Shown: piece by piece, positions 19,202 to 28,624 of the stretch
Position numbering within the stretch: the first letter of the stretch is position 1
How the letters are laid out: the number at the start of each line of letters is the position of its first letter
Origin: Candidatus Culexmicrobium cathedralense
GTDB lineage: Archaea > Thermoproteota > Methanomethylicia > Culexarchaeales > Culexmicrobiaceae
DNA length: 64,000 nt
Reading direction: 5' to 3'
NCBI GenBank assembly: GCA_025061115.1
Contig: JANZKC010000001.1
Location: 224,001 to 288,000 of the forward strand
The notes under the pieces: model-generated
What the model saw: only the letters and a program-made list of their open reading frames with translations
What the model was told of the DNA's origin: nothing
Databases searched by the model: none
Made by a program: the position numbers and the translations under genes

Positions 19202-21058
19202 CTAAATCTCCTCTACCTCTAAAATGCTCTCTGGATAAGCGTTAAGCGCTCTAAACCAGCTTATGAGCATTTTCCTTCTAGTTTCAAAGTCTTCCGGCAG
19301 CTTTAGCGGCCTGCCCCTAGCATCTATGATTATTCCAGCAGCTCCACCCCAAACTGTTGCTTCCCTCTTCTTCCCTTTGCCCGCTCCAACATCGAAGTCC
19401 GATGAAGGCTCAATAACCACTTTAGCAGTTTGATCTTCTGGTAGCGGTATTCTGTCGATCTCACCATAGTTCACGGCCTTTTCCACCACCGAGCCATCAG
19501 GCATGTGAGCTGTAACTTTAACTGCTGGACCCGGCTTCTTGGCATGTCCATCCAATGCAATGCACGTTCCAAGCTTGACGATGCAGTCTCTTTCGAAGAT
19601 CTCCATTGCAGCTTCCGGATATACTGTTGAGAGAACGCCTAGGTGAGGCATCATGAATATGCTGTCACACATCAACCTCGTAACGCCCTTAACTTGGAAT
19701 GCATCCATGAGAATTAATGCTGCCTGCTGCCTTCTCGGAGTGTGGGATAGTAGACCGCCAGTTCCTCCAACGAGATGAATGTTCATCATGTCGATGTAAG
19801 TTTCCTCTTCAAGGGACTGCTCGAATATGTCTGCAATTGTCCTCTTCCTCTGAACTCCTCTTAATCCTCTTGCCAATTGCTTGTGATGCTCAAATCCAAG
19901 TCTGATCGCCTCTCTTGCAACTGCATGCTCAATTATTAGGTCATCAAGAGTTTGAGGAAGCGTAGTTGGCCTAATCATCTTATTTGCAAGCCTATTTCTC
20001 AGCTCCCTCTCATCAACTTTGAATGGAAGCCAACGCATTATGTTCTTTGTGCCAGCCTCCTTGAGAACGTTGCATATGCTGTAGCTCATTCCTAAGTTAG
20101 CGCTTACTGTCCTCACGAACTTCCCTTCATATACCGAGTATACGTTTGTAGTTGCACCTCCAAGACCTACTCCTAGAACGTTTATCTTCCACATTCTCGC
20201 AATCGTTCTAAACATCATTCCTTCGCCTGCTGGTGTTGGCATTACTGGAGCCATAACCCACTCGGTGAGCTTGTGATATCCTGGAGCGTGTGCCATTACG
20301 TGCTCCATGAATAACCTGTGAATAGCGTTTCTAGCAGGCTCAACCACCTCAACTTCAAGTACAGGCCTGAGGTTGTCGACGATGGTTAGTTCAAATTTAT
20401 CTCCAAGAACGTTTTTCACGTGCTCCCTTGCCATTTTATTTCCAGCATAAACTATCGGTAGCTTGTATCCTAAGCCGAATCTGGGCTTTGGCTCTGCTGC
20501 GCTAATTAGCTCGGCAAGCTCAACCACGTGCTTGATCGTTCCGCCGTCAGTTCCACCTGCAAGCAAAATCATGTCTGGCCTTAGAAATCTCATTCTCTCA
20601 ATTTTCTTGTGAGGAGGCCTGCCATCATCGATTGCCATTACGTCCATAACTATTGCTCCAGCTCCTAGTGCAGCTCTTTCAGCGCTCTCAGCAGTCATTG
20701 ACTTAACTACTCCTGCAACCATCATTTGAAGGCCGCCTCCAGCGCTGCTCGTTGAAACGTAGAGGTCCACTCCGACATTTTCGCCTTGGTATGGCACTAT
20801 TATTCCTGTGCCATCATCTTTCAAGATTTTATGTCCCGTTAGCTCCTCAACTTCTCTAATTGCGTTTCTCAAGCCCATCGTCACGTCTTCAAATGGCTTT
20901 TCCACAGTGGTTGGGGCTTCTCCAGCGCATATGAAGCGCCATTGACCATTAATTTTCTTGAAGAACCTAGCTTTAGTTGTAGTACTGCCTACGTCGGTTG
21001 CTAGTATCACTTGCATTTTACTTACATCTAATTTTGAGAGATCATAACGCCGCTCCAT
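19202..21058 (-). CDS. glmL: GlmL/MutL-family ASKHA (actin-fold) ATPase
   Basis: TDVGSTTTKA, TSSAGGGL, AALGAGA, LLAGGTDGG, VMPTP, GLGGATTNVYS, RTVSANLGMSYS, GTGGLLSH. Confidence 0.88.
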   Translation of the reverse strand: MERRYDLSKLDVSKMQVILATDVGSTTTKARFFKKINGQWRFICAGEAPTTVEKPFEDVTMGLRNAIREVEELTGHKILKDDGTGIIVPYQGENVGVDLYVSTSSAGGGLQMMVAGVVKSMTAESAERAALGAGAIVMDVMAIDDGRPPHKKIERMRFLRPDMILLAGGTDGGTIKHVVELAELISAAEPKPRFGLGYKLPIVYAGNKMAREHVKNVLGDKFELTIVDNLRPVLEVEVVEPARNAIHRLFMEHVMAHAPGYHKLTEWVMAPVMPTPAGEGMMFRTIARMWKINVLGVGLGGATTNVYSVYEGKFVRTVSANLGMSYSICNVLKEAGTKNIMRWLPFKVDERELRNRLANKMIRPTTLPQTLDDLIIEHAVAREAIRLGFEHHKQLARGLRGVQRKRTIADIFEQSLEEETYIDMMNIHLVGGTGGLLSHTPRRQQAALILMDAFQVKGVTRLMCDSIFMMPHLGVLSTVYPEAAMEIFERDCIVKLGTCIALDGHAKKPGPAVKVTAHMPDGSVVEKAVNYGEIDRIPLPEDQTAKVVIEPSSDFDVGAGKGKKREATVWGGAAGIIIDARGRPLKLPEDFETRRKMLISWFRALNAYPESILEVEEI

Positions 21059-21189
21059 AGTTGACCCAGCTTTACCCAGCTTTACCTATCTTTACAAACC
21101 TAAAGCTCATACTCACTTTTAAAATTTAAGTCTTATTATAACTCAACTTCCATTGGCTTAGTTGCAATGAACTTAAACTAAGCTGAATC

Positions 21190-21594
21190 TCAACCCCCCT
21201 GCTCTTCTTCCATTGTTATCAGACTATAGGCGCTTTGAGCAGCTTCATTAATTGCACCTCTCAAAGTTAGAACTTTAATCGTCCAGAGCACAACGATGGC
21301 AGCGCTAGCTATTATGAAGTTGAAGTCAAGTACTGGAAATAAAATTGCTAATGCGAAAACTATGAATGAAACTCCAAGCTTGTAGCCGAAGCGCAGCGCT
21401 TTACCTTCGGGAAGTACATAAACCTTAGCTTCACCGAAAAAGTCGCTGTATATTAAGTCAAATCCGCTCTCTCGGGAAGTTTTAGTTTTAAAGCCTCTTC
21501 TAGCCATTTCTTCAGCAAATTTTTTTAAAAACTCATCCTTCTTATCAGCTAATTTGGGATATATTTTCTCGCTGACAGTCAAGTGAAGCGACAT
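21190..21594 (-). CDS. Small membrane protein (2 TM)
   Basis: 134-aa ORF with a hydrophobic hairpin near the C-terminus, co-directional with glmL. Confidence 0.65.
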   Translation of the reverse strand: MSLHLTVSEKIYPKLADKKDEFLKKFAEEMARRGFKTKTSRESGFDLIYSDFFGEAKVYVLPEGKALRFGYKLGVSFIVFALAILFPVLDFNFIIASAAIVVLWTIKVLTLRGAINEAAQSAYSLITMEEEQGG

Positions 21595-21703
21595 CGCAAC
21601 ACCATTAAAAGCCTTAAAAGCTTTTGATTATTAAGCATTTACGGTTGATTCAATGGACTGTAATTTAATTGGCAAGCATCCGCGCAAATCAAATTGATGA
21701 AAG

Positions 21704-23524
21704 CTAAGTGAAGAACCTTATGCTCCTCCCAGATTCAAGAGCATTAAGAAGAAGCTTGCCTAGTTCGCTGCTTAATCTAAGCTTCAGCCTCCCTCGCTTA
21801 TCTAAAGTGATGTTGGTTACAAGCTCTCCGTCCACATAAATGTCTACCGGCCTATGGCCGAGATCCTTGCCGAAATCGAATATTAAGTACGACTTAGTTT
21901 CCCTAACCGAATAGTCTTTAAGTTCAACATTCCTAGCAGTTACGCCCTCCTCTTTAGGCAAGAGCTTTATTCTAACGCCAAGCCTCTTCTCAAGCTTGCT
22001 TATCACCTTGCCATTGCGCCCAATTATTTGAGGCATTAGACTACGCCTAACCCTCACAACCGCCATCTTGCTTGAAATCATTTCAACTTCAGCTTGCTTA
22101 TCAAACTGCTTGAATAGAGATAATACGCGTTCCCCAACTCTATCGAGGTCCTCGCGCCTCTCCCTCTTAATTGGGACAACAACGGTTTCCTCCCCGAAAG
22201 TGTAAATCTCATATTCGACCTCACCAGTTTCAAAATCCCTAACTTCAATAACGGGCCTAGCCAAGTCTTGGTCGTACATTCCATGAGGAACCTTAACAGT
22301 TAAAGACAACTCATAAACACTCCTTATCTCGCCGTCCTTGATGAAAATCACCGTATCTATTACTTGGGGCACCATCCCCAAGTCAACTCTTCCAAGAAAT
22401 CTCTGAATTGCGTCTATCGGCGAAGATGCGTGAACCACTCCAACCATTCCTACGCCAGCTAACCTCATGTCTACAAACACTGCGAAATCCCTGGACTTCC
22501 TCAACTCGTCAAAAATCGTGTAATCCGGCCTCACAAGCAAGAGTATGTCTGCAGTCTTGCTGAAGTCTCCCTCAAGCGGAGCATATTGAGTTATTTCCGG
22601 CCCAACCTGAAGGTCCCTTGGAGCCTCCATAGTCTTAACTATGGCGCTCTTCTCTCTCCAATAAAAATCAGCTAGAGCAGATGCAAACGTGGACTTTCCA
22701 GCTCCAGGAGGACCGCAAATTAGAATTCCTTCAGCCTTCTCAAGTAATCTGCGCTTCAACCTCCTTGAAAGCCGATAATCTTCAAGCGTAACTTTAACTA
22801 TAGGCCTAACTGCTGTAATTTCAATTCCATCTGAAAATGGAGGTCTTGCAATAGCAATCCTATAGGTGCCGAGCTGAATAACCATGGCACCTTGCCTACT
22901 AATTTCCACAAAAGCATCAGTTTTGAAGCGAGCCCGCCTAAGAATATCTCTTACGATGTACTCGAGCTCAGCTTTACTGCAGGGCTCATCTCTAATTTTA
23001 ATTAAACGCCAATTCCCTGGAGTTCCTCTCTTAGCATATGGAGGAACCCCCTCCTTCAAGTGCACGCTCATGGTGTCAGGCGTGAAGAAATCTTCAAGCT
23101 TAACCTTCACCTTAGGCGCCTCAGGCTCGATGTACATAACTCGAATACCCTCAGCCTCTGCGACCAAAGCTTGAACATAATCGCTAGTAATTAGAGTAGC
23201 ATTATAGTCACGCGCTACATCTCTAATTAAAGCGTCAATTCTCCCCTTCCTAGCAAGCTGAATTTCCTCAAGCGTAGGGCGCTCTCCAACGCAGGTCACT
23301 TTAATGCCCTTTTTCTCCTTAGCTATCTTCCTCAACTTGAGAACTTCCTCTAAACCAGTAAAGCCGACTTCACGCCCAAGTGAGGCTTGAGCTTGAAGTT
23401 CATCTAAGACAGCTTCAGGAATTATAATTTCAACGTCAACTAGCTCTCCACTTTCAACTAGCTTGGTCATCCTACCATCTATTAATACGCTAGTATCCGG
23501 AACTACTTTCTCCATCAACTTCAC
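21704..23524 (-). CDS. PIN domain + AAA ATPase + KH protein (PINA/Hjm-associated branch-migration helicase family)
   Basis: VPDTSVLIDG (PIN), GPPGAGKSTF, RPDYTIFDE, GMVGVVHA, KH IIGRNGK. Confidence 0.92.
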   Translation of the reverse strand: MKLMEKVVPDTSVLIDGRMTKLVESGELVDVEIIIPEAVLDELQAQASLGREVGFTGLEEVLKLRKIAKEKKGIKVTCVGERPTLEEIQLARKGRIDALIRDVARDYNATLITSDYVQALVAEAEGIRVMYIEPEAPKVKVKLEDFFTPDTMSVHLKEGVPPYAKRGTPGNWRLIKIRDEPCSKAELEYIVRDILRRARFKTDAFVEISRQGAMVIQLGTYRIAIARPPFSDGIEITAVRPIVKVTLEDYRLSRRLKRRLLEKAEGILICGPPGAGKSTFASALADFYWREKSAIVKTMEAPRDLQVGPEITQYAPLEGDFSKTADILLLVRPDYTIFDELRKSRDFAVFVDMRLAGVGMVGVVHASSPIDAIQRFLGRVDLGMVPQVIDTVIFIKDGEIRSVYELSLTVKVPHGMYDQDLARPVIEVRDFETGEVEYEIYTFGEETVVVPIKRERREDLDRVGERVLSLFKQFDKQAEVEMISSKMAVVRVRRSLMPQIIGRNGKVISKLEKRLGVRIKLLPKEEGVTARNVELKDYSVRETKSYLIFDFGKDLGHRPVDIYVDGELVTNITLDKRGRLKLRLSSELGKLLLNALESGRSIRFFT

Positions 23525-23574
23525 CTTAGAGCTAAAAATAGGGTTCTAATATTTAAATAAAGCGCAATACGTTA

Positions 23575-24273
23575 TTACGCCTTAATTATCGATATCGCCC
23601 TAATCACATCAGCAGTATCCTCAGCCTTGTCAGCTACCATCTCCAAGTTCTCAACAGCCTCTTTAACCATTAGCCAGTGGCTTATCTTCTTGGCTTCATC
23701 TCCCCACTTCAAAATTTTAATTAGCAAGTCAACCCTATGCTCGTCAATTGCCTCCTCCAATCGCTCAACAGCTTCAGCAACATCGATAGCTTTCCTTGGA
23801 TTTTCAATAAGCGTTGTGAAGGCTTCTTTAAGCTTACAGCCAATATCATAAACCATGTCAGCCATCTTCTTCAACTGCACCTTTACGCACTCAGGCATGT
23901 CTTCAGGCTTCGCCAAGCATAACTTTCTACCTGCAGACTTAGCATTGGCAGCTAAGTCATCCGCAGTTAAAACTAGGTGAATGATCTCCTCTCTATCAAT
24001 GGGATGAAAAGGACCTTTAGAAAGCTCATCTAAAATTCTCTCCTTAACATCATCAGCTTCACGCTCCCTATCAAAAACCAACTTAAAAATCTCACAAGCC
24101 TTATCGTATTCACCATCACAAACAGCGTAAACAAGGTCCCGAGTAGCGGAAATAACCGACAAAATGGTTTCAAGGTGAACACGACAAATATTTAAAATTT
24201 CAATTTCCCTCTTCTTCCCAAACCAAAAGGCGGAGTACGTGGACTTAAACAACTTCAAACCTCCGAGAGACAT
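23575..24273 (-). CDS. DUF47/PhoU-like phosphate transport regulator
   Basis: EREAD, PIDRE, LE..AD.AED repeats; a PiT gene is nearby. Confidence 0.9.
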   Translation of the reverse strand: MSLGGLKLFKSTYSAFWFGKKREIEILNICRVHLETILSVISATRDLVYAVCDGEYDKACEIFKLVFDREREADDVKERILDELSKGPFHPIDREEIIHLVLTADDLAANAKSAGRKLCLAKPEDMPECVKVQLKKMADMVYDIGCKLKEAFTTLIENPRKAIDVAEAVERLEEAIDEHRVDLLIKILKWGDEAKKISHWLMVKEAVENLEMVADKAEDTADVIRAISIIKA

Positions 24274-24317
24274 TGATTTTGAATTGATTTGATATAAGCA
24301 TTTCGGATATTTAATAA

Positions 24318-25325
24318 TTACTTACGGCGAGTCAGCTTCACTGAAGCCAACAAGCCTAGAATATAGGCTGCAGCAGTACTGCTCCTCATCGAAAACTGCG
24401 TTCGAGGCCCCAACCTAAAAAGGCCTTTTGCTGCATGTCTAGCTTCAATGCTCAGCCCTTCAAACTCATTTCCAATTAATATACCTAGCTTATCCTCACG
24501 GGAGAAGGCTACTTTCAGGAAGTCCTCCTCATTTAATGAAGCGCTAACACTGAAGCCAATTGGATACAAATCCTTTAATGCTTCGATCAAGTTATCGTAA
24601 ATCTTCAACTTAACTTGATCAGCAACTCCACCAATTGCGCGTAAAGCCTTATCAACCTTGTCTCTACGAGCCCCTACAATTCTAAGCTCAACATTTAATG
24701 CTGCACAGAGCCTAAGCATGTCCATGATCTCGTAGGCAGTCTTAGGCTTCTCAAAAACAATTACATACTTCTGGAAGAAGTTTGAAGGCAAGTGCTTCCT
24801 GAACTTCCTATAAAAGCGCCCCAGCGAAACACCAATAGCCATTCCACTACTACCGAATTGAATGTAAACAACGTAGTCCGGATCTTTAACGTCGACTCTC
24901 AGCGCCAAATTCCTAGAAATTTCAAATCCAATAATTCTGCAAAGCTCCACGCTGCTCTCTCCAATCCTGAATGAGGCGTCATCAATCTTCTTAACTTCAA
25001 TTTTAAACGTGCCAGAGCCATACCTGCCAATCAACTTCCTCAACGCTTCAATCGACTTTAAAGTGGCAAGCTCAATGCTCGGAGGCAGCCTCTCATAGAA
25101 AATTGGAATTAACCTAGAAACCTCAGGAATTCCTCTAAGAACTTCAAGAGCCCTCAGCAAGTCACCCTCAAACTTAACCATCAAGCGCTTCAAGGGCTTT
25201 TCACGGTCAAATTCAACTTCAGCTTTAATTCCAGCATTATTCAGAGCACTCTCTAAAATCTTAGCTATTTTATGCTCCTTACCAGAAGTATAGTCTTCCA
25301 ACGTTACGAGAATCTTCACATCCAA
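24318..25325 (-). CDS. THUMP + SPOUT (SpoU/TrmH-like) RNA methyltransferase
   Basis: THUMP (TFKIEVKK..IG......VDVKDPDYVV) plus SPOUT knot ILIGNEFEGLS...SMRSSTAAAYIL. Confidence 0.82.
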   Translation of the reverse strand: MDVKILVTLEDYTSGKEHKIAKILESALNNAGIKAEVEFDREKPLKRLMVKFEGDLLRALEVLRGIPEVSRLIPIFYERLPPSIELATLKSIEALRKLIGRYGSGTFKIEVKKIDDASFRIGESSVELCRIIGFEISRNLALRVDVKDPDYVVYIQFGSSGMAIGVSLGRFYRKFRKHLPSNFFQKYVIVFEKPKTAYEIMDMLRLCAALNVELRIVGARRDKVDKALRAIGGVADQVKLKIYDNLIEALKDLYPIGFSVSASLNEEDFLKVAFSREDKLGILIGNEFEGLSIEARHAAKGLFRLGPRTQFSMRSSTAAAYILGLLASVKLTRRK

Positions 25326-25354
25326 TGTAGCTGTTAAAAACGCTTTTAAGCTTA

Positions 25355-26425
25355 ATGATTCAACTACATTTGACCAAGTTGGAGGTCAAAGATGCGGTGA
25401 TAGATCTTGCAACAATACTTCTAGGCATCGGGCTGGCACTATCATTTTTAACTGCAATAAGTCTTGGAGCAAATGACGCAGCAACGCCAACAGACTGCGC
25501 CGTAGGAGCTGGAGTAATTTCAGTAAGAAATGCAGTTATTCTCTTTGCAACCTTCACAGGAATAGGCGCGCTACTTCAAGGATATCAAGTTATGAAAACC
25601 ATTGGAAAGGGAATAGTTCCTGAAGTCGAACTACTAGGAGCAATAACAATTTCACTGACAGCAGCATTATGGGTCTTGATATGCTCCTACAAGGGCCTAG
25701 ACGTGTCAGTCACCTACGCAACTATTGGAAGCGTTGTCGGATACGGAATAGCAGCCCATGGTGTTGAAAACGTAAATTTCGGAATACTTCAAAAGGTATT
25801 TCTAAGCTGGATTTCATCTCCACTATGCTCAATGGCTTTAGCATACTCGATATACACGGCTCTAAAGAAAATCCTAATTAAGAGAATGTGGACTGAGGGC
25901 ATTCAGAAAGTAATTTCATGGCTTCTACTTATATCCCTATGCTTCTCAGCATACTCCTTCGGCGCAAACGACGTTGGAAACGCCACAGGAGTATACGTGA
26001 CAGTTGCGGAAAAGCTTGGAAGAGTTCCGGACTACACTGCAATGATACTACTATCTGCATTTGGAGCTTTGGGAATAGCAATTGGAGGATTAACTTGGGG
26101 AAGAAGAGTAATCGAAACAGTTGCTTTCAGAATAACTAGAATAGACCTAGTAATGGGCTTAGCAGCAGAAATAAGCAATGCAATAGTAGTATACCTGTTC
26201 ACGACCATTCCATACATGATATTCGGCTACGGCCTTCCAATATCAACTTCCCTAGCGAGCAACGGCTCAATAATTGGCGTAGGCCTAGCTAAAAGCTACA
26301 AGTCAATAAATACGAGAACCGTGATAAGACTAGTCATAACCTGGATAATAACTGTTCCAACCACCGCACTAATGTGCATGGCAATATTCACCATCCTCAA
26401 CCAAATAATAGTTATACCTCTATAA
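25355..26425 (+). CDS. PiT-family inorganic phosphate transporter
   Basis: Two GAND motifs, GLPIST, multiple TM helices. Confidence 0.92.
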   Translation: MIQLHLTKLEVKDAVIDLATILLGIGLALSFLTAISLGANDAATPTDCAVGAGVISVRNAVILFATFTGIGALLQGYQVMKTIGKGIVPEVELLGAITISLTAALWVLICSYKGLDVSVTYATIGSVVGYGIAAHGVENVNFGILQKVFLSWISSPLCSMALAYSIYTALKKILIKRMWTEGIQKVISWLLLISLCFSAYSFGANDVGNATGVYVTVAEKLGRVPDYTAMILLSAFGALGIAIGGLTWGRRVIETVAFRITRIDLVMGLAAEISNAIVVYLFTTIPYMIFGYGLPISTSLASNGSIIGVGLAKSYKSINTRTVIRLVITWIITVPTTALMCMAIFTILNQIIVIPL

Positions 26426-27892
26426 TTAAAATTCGATAGGCCTACCCCTCACTGGATTTACAACCTTCAAGTTCAAGTCCCTAACAAAGCTAATCATAAA
26501 ATGCGGAGCTTCACTGTGAACTGGAACTACGCATTTAACTTTAACGTACTCCAAGAAGCGCTTCAAGTCAAGCGGCCTAATGTGACCCGAACTGTGAATG
26601 GGGTAGTAAGTCATGCCCAAAATTCTGATCCAATTCTTGAGCTTCTCAAATTTGATTTCAAGCTCCTCCTCAAATGGCTCAGAAGTGCTCATTACGTAGA
26701 CTCCGCCTTCGAGTGAGCTTCGAAAACCACCTTTACTACACCTGTAAAGCTCCACCAAGTCCTCATAGGAGTAGTAGGAAGTTACCAAAATGTAGTTCCC
26801 AGGATTTTTCAAAACATCTTCGGCCTCCACAGCCCCACCGTAAAGCGAGCCAAGCGCGTATTCCCGCTCGCTCAACCTAACATCGAAAGGCAACCCAATG
26901 GCCCCTGAAAGAAAAGACTTCTTCCACTTCATCATCCTTTTCCTCTTTGGATAATAAATAAGCAGATCTTTCAAGTTAGGATAACTTTCAATCCTCATTT
27001 TTGCTAGCCTAGCAAGTACTGCCGCCAACTTGACGTTCAAAACCAGCTTCCTACCACAAGCTTCAGCCACCTTGAAGAAGGTGTGCAGCCGATCAATATC
27101 AAGTGGAGAAAGATTAACAACTACGAGCTTCCTTGAGCTTGAAACCAGCGCTTTAGCCTCCCTCTCAACGTCAGCCTCAGTTAAAAAGTTTATATTTGAA
27201 AACTGAGTGCCCTCGCAAATTAGAATGTCAGCTTCAAAGTCCCTGAGCCGCTCAGCAAACCTAGATGTCAAGTGCCCTGCAGGACCATGCCACCTGAAAT
27301 CCCCAGTATAGGCTAAGCGCTTATCACCTAAATCAATGAGAAAGGCATAGCTCCCCGGAACGCTATGATCAACCGAGAAAGCAGTAATTTCTGAAGTTAA
27401 ATTGCTGATCCTGGTCTTAGACCTGAAAACATTAACGTTTCCATTTGACAAGCTAAAGCCAAAGCTTAGATCTTCAATACTCCCCTTAACGCTGTAATCA
27501 AGCCTAGCTTTGACAATCTCCCAGGCAGCCTCTCCGAAGAAAAGCCTTATCCTCCTATTAAGCAGAAATGCGTGGCCGACATGATCGCTGTGTGCATGTG
27601 AGAATATGCAGGCTGAAATGCCTGTCTCAAGTTCCCTATCAACATCTCCATCCTCCTTACTGAAGCTAGTGTAAATGTTCTCGAGAGGACCCTTAGGTGG
27701 AGGAGTCAATCCAAGCATTATTAGCTCATCAATAGTCTTCGGAAGTGAGAAGGGGTATTCGTAGTATTTCAGCCAGCTACTATGCTGCTTGCCGAAGTCG
27801 AGAAGAAATCGCTCATCATTCGACTCAACTAGAATTTTCGTCCCACCAACCTCTCTGACTCCGCCATAAATTGTGATGTAGCACCCACCCAT
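26426..27892 (-). CDS. Metallo-beta-lactamase/beta-CASP (RNase J-like) hydrolase
   Basis: GG..EVGG, LLDFG, HAHSDH, VDHS, YTGDFR, HSSGH, PVH. Confidence 0.87.
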   Translation of the reverse strand: MGGCYITIYGGVREVGGTKILVESNDERFLLDFGKQHSSWLKYYEYPFSLPKTIDELIMLGLTPPPKGPLENIYTSFSKEDGDVDRELETGISACIFSHAHSDHVGHAFLLNRRIRLFFGEAAWEIVKARLDYSVKGSIEDLSFGFSLSNGNVNVFRSKTRISNLTSEITAFSVDHSVPGSYAFLIDLGDKRLAYTGDFRWHGPAGHLTSRFAERLRDFEADILICEGTQFSNINFLTEADVEREAKALVSSSRKLVVVNLSPLDIDRLHTFFKVAEACGRKLVLNVKLAAVLARLAKMRIESYPNLKDLLIYYPKRKRMMKWKKSFLSGAIGLPFDVRLSEREYALGSLYGGAVEAEDVLKNPGNYILVTSYYSYEDLVELYRCSKGGFRSSLEGGVYVMSTSEPFEEELEIKFEKLKNWIRILGMTYYPIHSSGHIRPLDLKRFLEYVKVKCVVPVHSEAPHFMISFVRDLNLKVVNPVRGRPIEF

Positions 27893-27937
27893 AATGGCAC
27901 CTAGCTCATTTAACTCTAATCTTCATAACCTATAAAT

Positions 27938-28624
27938 TTGAAACGCAATCGAAAAACATTGGTGTTAAAATTGAAGCTAATCATACTTGGGCCGCCGGGT
28001 GCAGGCAAGGGAACCCAAGCTACAATACTAGCGGAAAAATACGGACTGCCACACATCTCAACAGGTCAAATATTTCGAAAGCACATTGAAATGAAAACCG
28101 AAATTGGACTAGAATCTTTAAAGTACATCTCAGCAGGCGAGCTAGTTCCAGACGAAATAGTAATCAACATGACAATTCAAAAGCTTAAGGAACTGAACTG
28201 TAAGGAGAAAGGGTACATCCTAGACGGATTTCCAAGAACAGTAAAGCAGGCTAAAGCACTAGATCAGCACAACTACCCGCCAGACCTAGCAATTGAAATT
28301 TACGTAAGCGAAGATGAGTGCGTTAAAAGGCTGTCGGGAAGAAGGTACTGCCCAAAATGCGGTGCAACATACAACATGACATACAACCCGCCGAAAAACG
28401 ACGAAATATGCGACGTTTGCGGTACCAAACTAAAGCAGAGAATAGACGATAAAGAGGAGGCAGTTAGGGAGAGATTCAAGGAATATTATATGAAGACAGC
28501 GCCAGTCCTTAAATACTATGAGAAAAGTGGAAAATTGAGGAGAGTTGATGGTCATGGAAGCATAGGTGAAGTCACCAGTCGAATTGAAGAACTCATTGAG
28601 AAGGAGCTCCTTGCAAAACTTTAA
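27938..28624 (+). CDS. adk: Adenylate kinase, bacterial type with Zn-binding LID
   Basis: GPPGAGKGTQA, HISTG, LDGFPR, CPKC..CDVC, R.DD. Confidence 0.93.
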   Translation: MKRNRKTLVLKLKLIILGPPGAGKGTQATILAEKYGLPHISTGQIFRKHIEMKTEIGLESLKYISAGELVPDEIVINMTIQKLKELNCKEKGYILDGFPRTVKQAKALDQHNYPPDLAIEIYVSEDECVKRLSGRRYCPKCGATYNMTYNPPKNDEICDVCGTKLKQRIDDKEEAVRERFKEYYMKTAPVLKYYEKSGKLRRVDGHGSIGEVTSRIEELIEKELLAKL

